Made by a program: the position numbers and the translations under genes. The notes under the pieces were generated by a model. The model was not told the origin of the DNA and searched no databases. It worked only from the letters and a program-made list of their open reading frames with translations. A stretch of DNA of 53,850 nt from Chara braunii (taxonomy: Eukaryota > Plantae > Charophyceae): positions 4,159,439 through 4,213,288 of the forward strand of contig BFEA01000027.1 in assembly GCA_003427395.1 (NCBI GenBank), read 5' to 3'. This document shows, piece by piece, positions 48,702-53,850 of this stretch (position 1 is the stretch's first letter; every line of letters starts with the position of its first letter).

Positions 48702-50700
48702 ATTGTCATTCCAACCCCCATCTATTCCTGAAATACTTTCCAATTTCTCTTCCACTCCTTCAGTTGAGCAACTTCGCCTTGCTACCTTTGCCCTTCAGGA
48801 ACCTAACTCTTGGCTTCGCAACCCGAATCAATTTTTCGTCGCTTCTCCCTCCCACTGCTTTAGTAACTGGTTCATGTTCCTCTCCTCTTCTTCGAGGAGA
48901 TATTCTCACTCTGTCCTCCAGTGGATTTGGCATGGCGTCAGACTTAATTTTGTTGGTACCAAGCATACCCCGGTTAAAAAGATTATTGAAGTCAGACACA
49001 TGGTAAAAAAAGTTTATTCATCCTCTGCTTTCAAAAAAATTCTCTTGTGTGAAAAACCTCCTCCAACTTCAATTCCTAATCATTCACTTCTTCCTCATCA
49101 CAATTCTTTCATCACCTCTTCAATATCTTAACTCCTTGCCTACGGTGTCATCGAGCACTCTATGAATCCTCTGGTTGTTAATCCGGTTTTTGCCATTGAA
49201 AGTTCTTCCAAAACCAGATTCATTCTGGATGTTCGATTTGTTAATCTTTTTTTTTCCTTTCTGGAATTTCACTATGAATCTATCAATGATTTAGTAGCAC
49301 CTCTGGGTGGTTCACAAACCCAAAATTTTCTAACTTGTTTTGACATAAAAATGAATATTATCATATACCAATCCACCCAGAGCACAAACCTTACCTCGCC
49401 TTTTCCTGGGACGGGTCAACTTACCAATTTACTACTCTTTGCTTTGGCATTTCTGCCGCATGTTGGATTTTTACAACAGTAATGCTGAAAGCTATGGCAG
49501 AACTTCGACTCCGTCATATTTTTATAATCTCTTATATAGACGATTCTGCCTTAGCAAACCAGAACTTTGCCCTCCTCCTATGACATTCTTTCAACTATGT
49601 AGCACTTCTCCACAACCTCGGATTCTTTTTAAGCCTTAATAAATGTTCCTTTTTTCCTTCACAATCCATTAAATTCCTAGGTTTTAAGATTGATTCTCAT
49701 TTCAAAAGAATCAGAGTTCCAGAAGATAAGGTAGAAATTTTTTTTGGCTCTCATCACTTCAACCTCCCATTCCACCCCCTCAAGCATAACCCTAGCTAAA
49801 CTCGCTGGGAAACTCGCTTCCCTCGTTCAAACTTTCCTCCCAACTCTTCTTTTCACTTCATCCATCTACTCAGCCATCTCACCGACAAATTGGGATTCAC
49901 CCGTCCCCACCTCTGACTCCTTAACTCAAGACCTCATTTGGTGGACCGAGCACCTACCCAACCTTCCTGACCGACTTTGGGTTAAACGTTCAATTACATC
50001 TATTATCTCTACAGATGCATCAGCCAACCAAATTGGTGCCATCATTACTCCTTCTTCAGGACCCCCTCTCCTTTTTAATCAATGTCTCCCAAGTTTTCTC
50101 CTTCCGGCTTCCTCCACACATAGAGAACTCTTTGCAGTACTTCAAACTCTCTTACTTCTTCAAAACTCACATCCTCATCTTATTTTTTCATCCGCCATCA
50201 GACTTCTTTCATATAGTCAATCTGCAATAGCCCTTCTAGATTCCCAGAAATCTAAATCAGATCGCGGATGACTTATCCAAAAACAAGATAATACAGATTG
50301 GGGTATCTCCTCTTACTTAAAAAACAAAATCTTCAACTCAATAGGTATTCCTGCAATTGATCTCTTCGCATCAGACTATCATAACGCCTGCTCTGTCTTC
50401 ATTTCCAGAACTTGGTCCTCATCCGCTTCTTTCGTCGATGCGCTATCCCTTGATTGTAATTCTCTCCCTGCCTCACCTTACAGATGGTTTTTCCCTCCAA
50501 CTACTCTCATTCACGAAGTCCTGTCCCTTGTCTCAGCCGCCCCTGCCAACCTGTTTATCTTCCCTGATTCGCGTAAGGCAAACTGGCTGCCCATAATCCT
50601 TTCTCTTAATATTTTTCGTACTTTGATCATTCCTAAATCTATCTACTCTTGCATTCCCAGCCCGAGAATTCATCACTCCTGCCCAAATCCAACCACCATT
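48500..50700 (+). pseudogene. pol: reverse transcriptase, RNase H, adenine-methyltransferase-like domain (frameshifted)
   Basis: KTRFILDVR, CFDIK, YYHIPIHP, LCFGIS, YIDD (49533-49544); TDAS, STHRELFAV; IDLFAS (50359) ... DAL ... WFFPP (50491). Confidence 0.88.
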
Positions 50701-50726
50701 GGCTTCGCTTGCATCTTATTCTCCAC

Positions 50727-51820
50727 CTAATCCTCTGCCGCATTCTTCTCATTTCCCTCAAACACCTCCCCGCTGCGTTTCCACCCCCTTTTCATTTCAT
50801 AACCATACCGCATAAATGTACCAACACTACTCCATGTTCCCTGCCTCATCATCTCCCCTAAACTCCATCCCTCCTCTATTCCAGCTTGCAAACCACCAAT
50901 TTGAAAGTTATGTCCATTCTCTCCTTCATAAACTCCGGCCTCTCCAAACCACTTCTCTATTCGTTTATTAAAAGCACCACCGCCCAATGCATTACACCCT
51001 CGATCAGCTCGGAACAAGTATCCAGTTCGCAAATCAACCCCCAAACTCTCATACACAACGATCAATTCCGGCAGTATTCCTAAGAAGGTTTTTTCACTCT
51101 CCATAACTTTCTTTAATCGTATAAAAAATCGGCCCCCATGACGATCGGTCTTAGTATAACCTGGTCTTACTAAACAATTTTCTATATCAATTTCCTTGTA
51201 CTGCAATCGCAAACCTTCCCCGCATCATTGCCAACTTTCCCACAAATATAGAAACATAGCTGCATCCCGATAAGCCTCAGCCTCTCGTATTCTCTTCAAT
51301 ATCTTTATCTTGCATCTTATATACTCAATTACAATCTTTAGTTTCTCACAACCTAACGGTCGCGCAAACTCCTTGATAACCCCTCTCGCCAACCCATACT
51401 CCCTGTACGCCTTTCGAAATGCTTTCACACGACTCCCTTGACAAGGATTATCCCCTTCCTCCCTTCCAAGCAATCTAAATGCCCCATTTAAGCAATTTAC
51501 CACCGCATCCACAATTGACGTTGATACCATCTGTTCTCCATCACTATCAGTAGTTCGGCACCTACTCTCAATCTTAACCAACCATTGACTGTTTAAGAAG
51601 GAAAGAACATCTAAGTCATTACATGTCATACAACTCCTACCCACTTCATTTCGTTCCAACCACTCATTCAATCCAAGAAGCAACTTCTTTATTCCACTTC
51701 GCCAACGCTTTCCGAGCCCAAACTCTTCTATTAGCTTGCTGCTCCATTATAGTCCTGCTTGATAACTCCCAGCTATTTTCGACGTCGCTCGCTTCTGCCT
51801 CCAGCTTCCATCGCTCATTC
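50727..51820 (-). pseudogene. Tyrosine recombinase (antisense to pol), inactivated
   Basis: YLWESWQ*CGE (catalytic R position), TKTD, GYLFR, GHNFQIGG (HxxR position), GTWSS, FMRY. Confidence 0.88.
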
Positions 51821-51892
51821 GCTCGTCCCACCACTCCCTGCAAGATGACACGTCACTTGTGGGATGATGGAGGGATTTGGGGAGGCATTGGA

Positions 51893-52703
51893 GGTGTGTG
51901 GGCCTGCGGCCCAAACTCTATGACTCACTTCTAAGCAATCGGCCATCATCAAGGACTTTTGTTTTTTCCATTTTATCTCGATGAGTCCCAGGCAGCAACT
52001 GTCCTACTCGAGCCCTTGTAGTTGGTACCTACTCGACGGGGCCAGATGCAACCATCACTTTAGCATTGTCAAGATACTATCAATTCAGTTATGTTTTCGC
52101 AACTGTCTCCTGAGGTCTTTTCATCGACGATCTTCAGCATCAACGGCGGACACTGTTTCTAAGGACCAATTTCTTTAATTCATAACTGTCTCTTGGTGGC
52201 CTTCTCGTCAACGATCTTCAGTTCCAACGGAGGGTGCTGTCTTTCTAAAGAATTCACTGTTTTTTTCTAGGATTAATTCCTTATTTTCAAGATCTACGGA
52301 TGCTAGCGAGTAAGACAAGATCCACGAAGGGACTTAGTGGAACTCACCCTGCGGGAAGAAGCCCTTCGGAGGACCGACCGCCACTTGATCCAGGAACTGC
52401 GAGTGTATAAGTAACCGGCACAGGACCGGTCGCTGCAAGCTGACTTGACTTGCGGCTTCGGGATTTCGTCCGCCGGCAGCCGCGCCCATCGCATAGGCAA
52501 ACCTGCGGTCACTGCACAGCCACCAAGTCTGCTCAGAGGCCGAGTTGTTTTTCTCGCCAAGATCTTGGCGAAGCGGTCCCGCTCACCCTCGATTTTCCCG
52601 CGGTGTGTGGGCCTGCGGCCCCAACTCTATGACTCACTTCTGAGCAATCGGCCATTATAAAGGACTTCTGTTTTTTCCATTTTATCTCGACGAGTCCCAG
52701 GCA
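51893..52703 (+). repeat. Split direct repeats B1-A2-B2
   Basis: The ~102-bp B repeat 'ggtgtgtgggcctgcggccc...gagtcccaggca' flanks A2 on both sides. Confidence 0.93.
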
Positions 52704-52768
52704 ACGTCAAAGAAAAAATCTACAAAACGACAAAATCTATTAGGTTATTCTCCTGTATTTCGGTACCC

Positions 52769-53095
52769 TTAGATTCTCAATACATCAACGGCAGAGCTCC
52801 GTCCCACCATGCCACACGTGATAGAAAGCTCAGCGTTGAGAAAACTCAACTTCGGCGGTGGGACTTCACCCCAGGCCACAAACCGCGGCCTGTGGGGCCC
52901 CGTGGAAAACTTCCACGGAAAACACACAACCTTTTCCTGGCCATGTGGGGTCCCGGAAACAATTCCGTGGCAAAACTTTTCCTTGCCGCATTCCTGTGGG
53001 GTCTGGGCCTTTGTCAGACACCGGTATGCAGCGCTAGAGGCCCAGGGGCATTCTGCCAGTGTGCCTGTGTGCAGTGCTAGAGGCCTAGGATGCAA
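52769..53095 (-). CDS. Small Cys-containing hypothetical ORF (GEVPPPK motif)
   Basis: ...RFVAWGEVPPPKLSF... resembles ORF 24525-24767. Confidence 0.3.
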   Translation of the reverse strand: MHPRPLALHTGTLAECPWASSAAYRCLTKAQTPQECGKEKFCHGIVSGTPHGQEKVVCFPWKFSTGPHRPRFVAWGEVPPPKLSFLNAELSITCGMVGRSSAVDVLRI

Positions 53096-53489
53096 CAGTG
53101 GCCTGCTGCGAAGTTGCAGCCCTCAGAAGGGCTGCAATGAATATCGAAAGAATGAGCTGTGCCGTGGCACGCATCGCAAATAATAGGGGCAAGGGTGAAA
53201 AGTGTTTCCAAGTCTAATAAAACATAACGGTCACTCTTTCAAATGGCCAGCAGCGTGCGCTCGATGCTGAGGCATGGGGGCGGCAAGTACGTGAAACAAG
53301 GGGCCTTTTGTTCCCCTTTTTTCGATTTTCGATTTTTTTGCCTGATCGTTACGAGGCAGAGGGGGTACGTGGCCGGAAGGCACAAGCGCTTTCTCGCCGT
53401 AGAAGGCTAGCCGGGTGCAACGAATGTCTCTGTCGCGGAAAAGAAGAGAAGGAAAACAAGGAAACCTAGTAGCAGAACTGTTAGGGTAA

Positions 53490-53672
53490 CACCACCTGTC
53501 CAATGAGGACGGGTGCCACGTGTCCAAGGACAGGTGTACAGGTGCCACGTGTCTACAGCAAAGGTGGACGAGTGTCACGTGCAAGCAAAGGTGGAGGGGT
53601 GCCACGTGTCCAAGGAGTGCGGTGCACGGGTGCCTCGTGTCCGAGGAGAGGTAAACGGGTGCCACCTGTCGA
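53490..53672. repeat. ~29-bp tandem repeat carrying GCCACGTGTC (G-box/ABRE-like)
   Basis: Exact or variant cores at 53515, 53544, 53573, 53601, 53632, 53661. Confidence 0.8.
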
Positions 53673-53850
53673 ACGGAAGAGGAAGGACTACAAGGTGCAA
53701 TCAGTGTCCGAGAGAGGAACAAATGACGAGGAGGAGGAGGGAGGGCGGGAGGGGAAGGAGGAGAAGAGTAGAACCGACGAAGGTCGAGTTAGGGGACGTT
53801 TAGCAGAGGAGAGGAGAAGTAGAGAAGGTAGACGAAGATCTGAGTTAGGG

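Larger units (their letters stand above)
42049..52705 (+). mobile_element. Tyrosine-recombinase (DIRS-order, PAT/kangaroo-like) retrotransposon with split direct repeats
   Basis: A1 42049-~42617, B1 51893-51994, A2 51995-~52557, B2 52602-52703; gag, RT, RNase H and MT on +, YR on -. Confidence 0.9.

Overview
Eukaryotic, repeat-dense, apparently gene-poor region; the retroelement types suggest a streptophyte alga or early-diverging land plant, but the species cannot be determined from sequence alone. No intact host gene, rRNA or CRISPR-Cas locus is recognisable. 1-17 kb holds several diverged members of an unclassified element family built as [conserved GC-rich block Y] - [variable cargo] - [conserved block X]. 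The cargo is a tandem array in three members (one is an 11-copy hairpin array with a near-invariant 20-nt core, mostly unique spacers and co-varying flanking stems) and two unknown ORFs with their own splice acceptors in another. 17-25 kb holds minisatellites, a U6 fragment beside a tRNA-like hairpin and two hAT-type MITEs. 25-41 kb holds three decayed L1-like LINE segments. Four copies of a ~520-bp MITE with 2-bp TSDs occur, three of them inside LINE ORFs. 42-52.7 kb is a decayed tyrosine-recombinase retrotransposon with split direct repeats (A1...B1-A2-B2), an intron in gag, RT/RNase H/methyltransferase and an antisense YR. A Nextera mate-pair adapter (41057-41094) and a 928-N gap are assembly artefacts. 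Boundaries of arrays and decayed ORFs are approximate; all alignments were made by eye.
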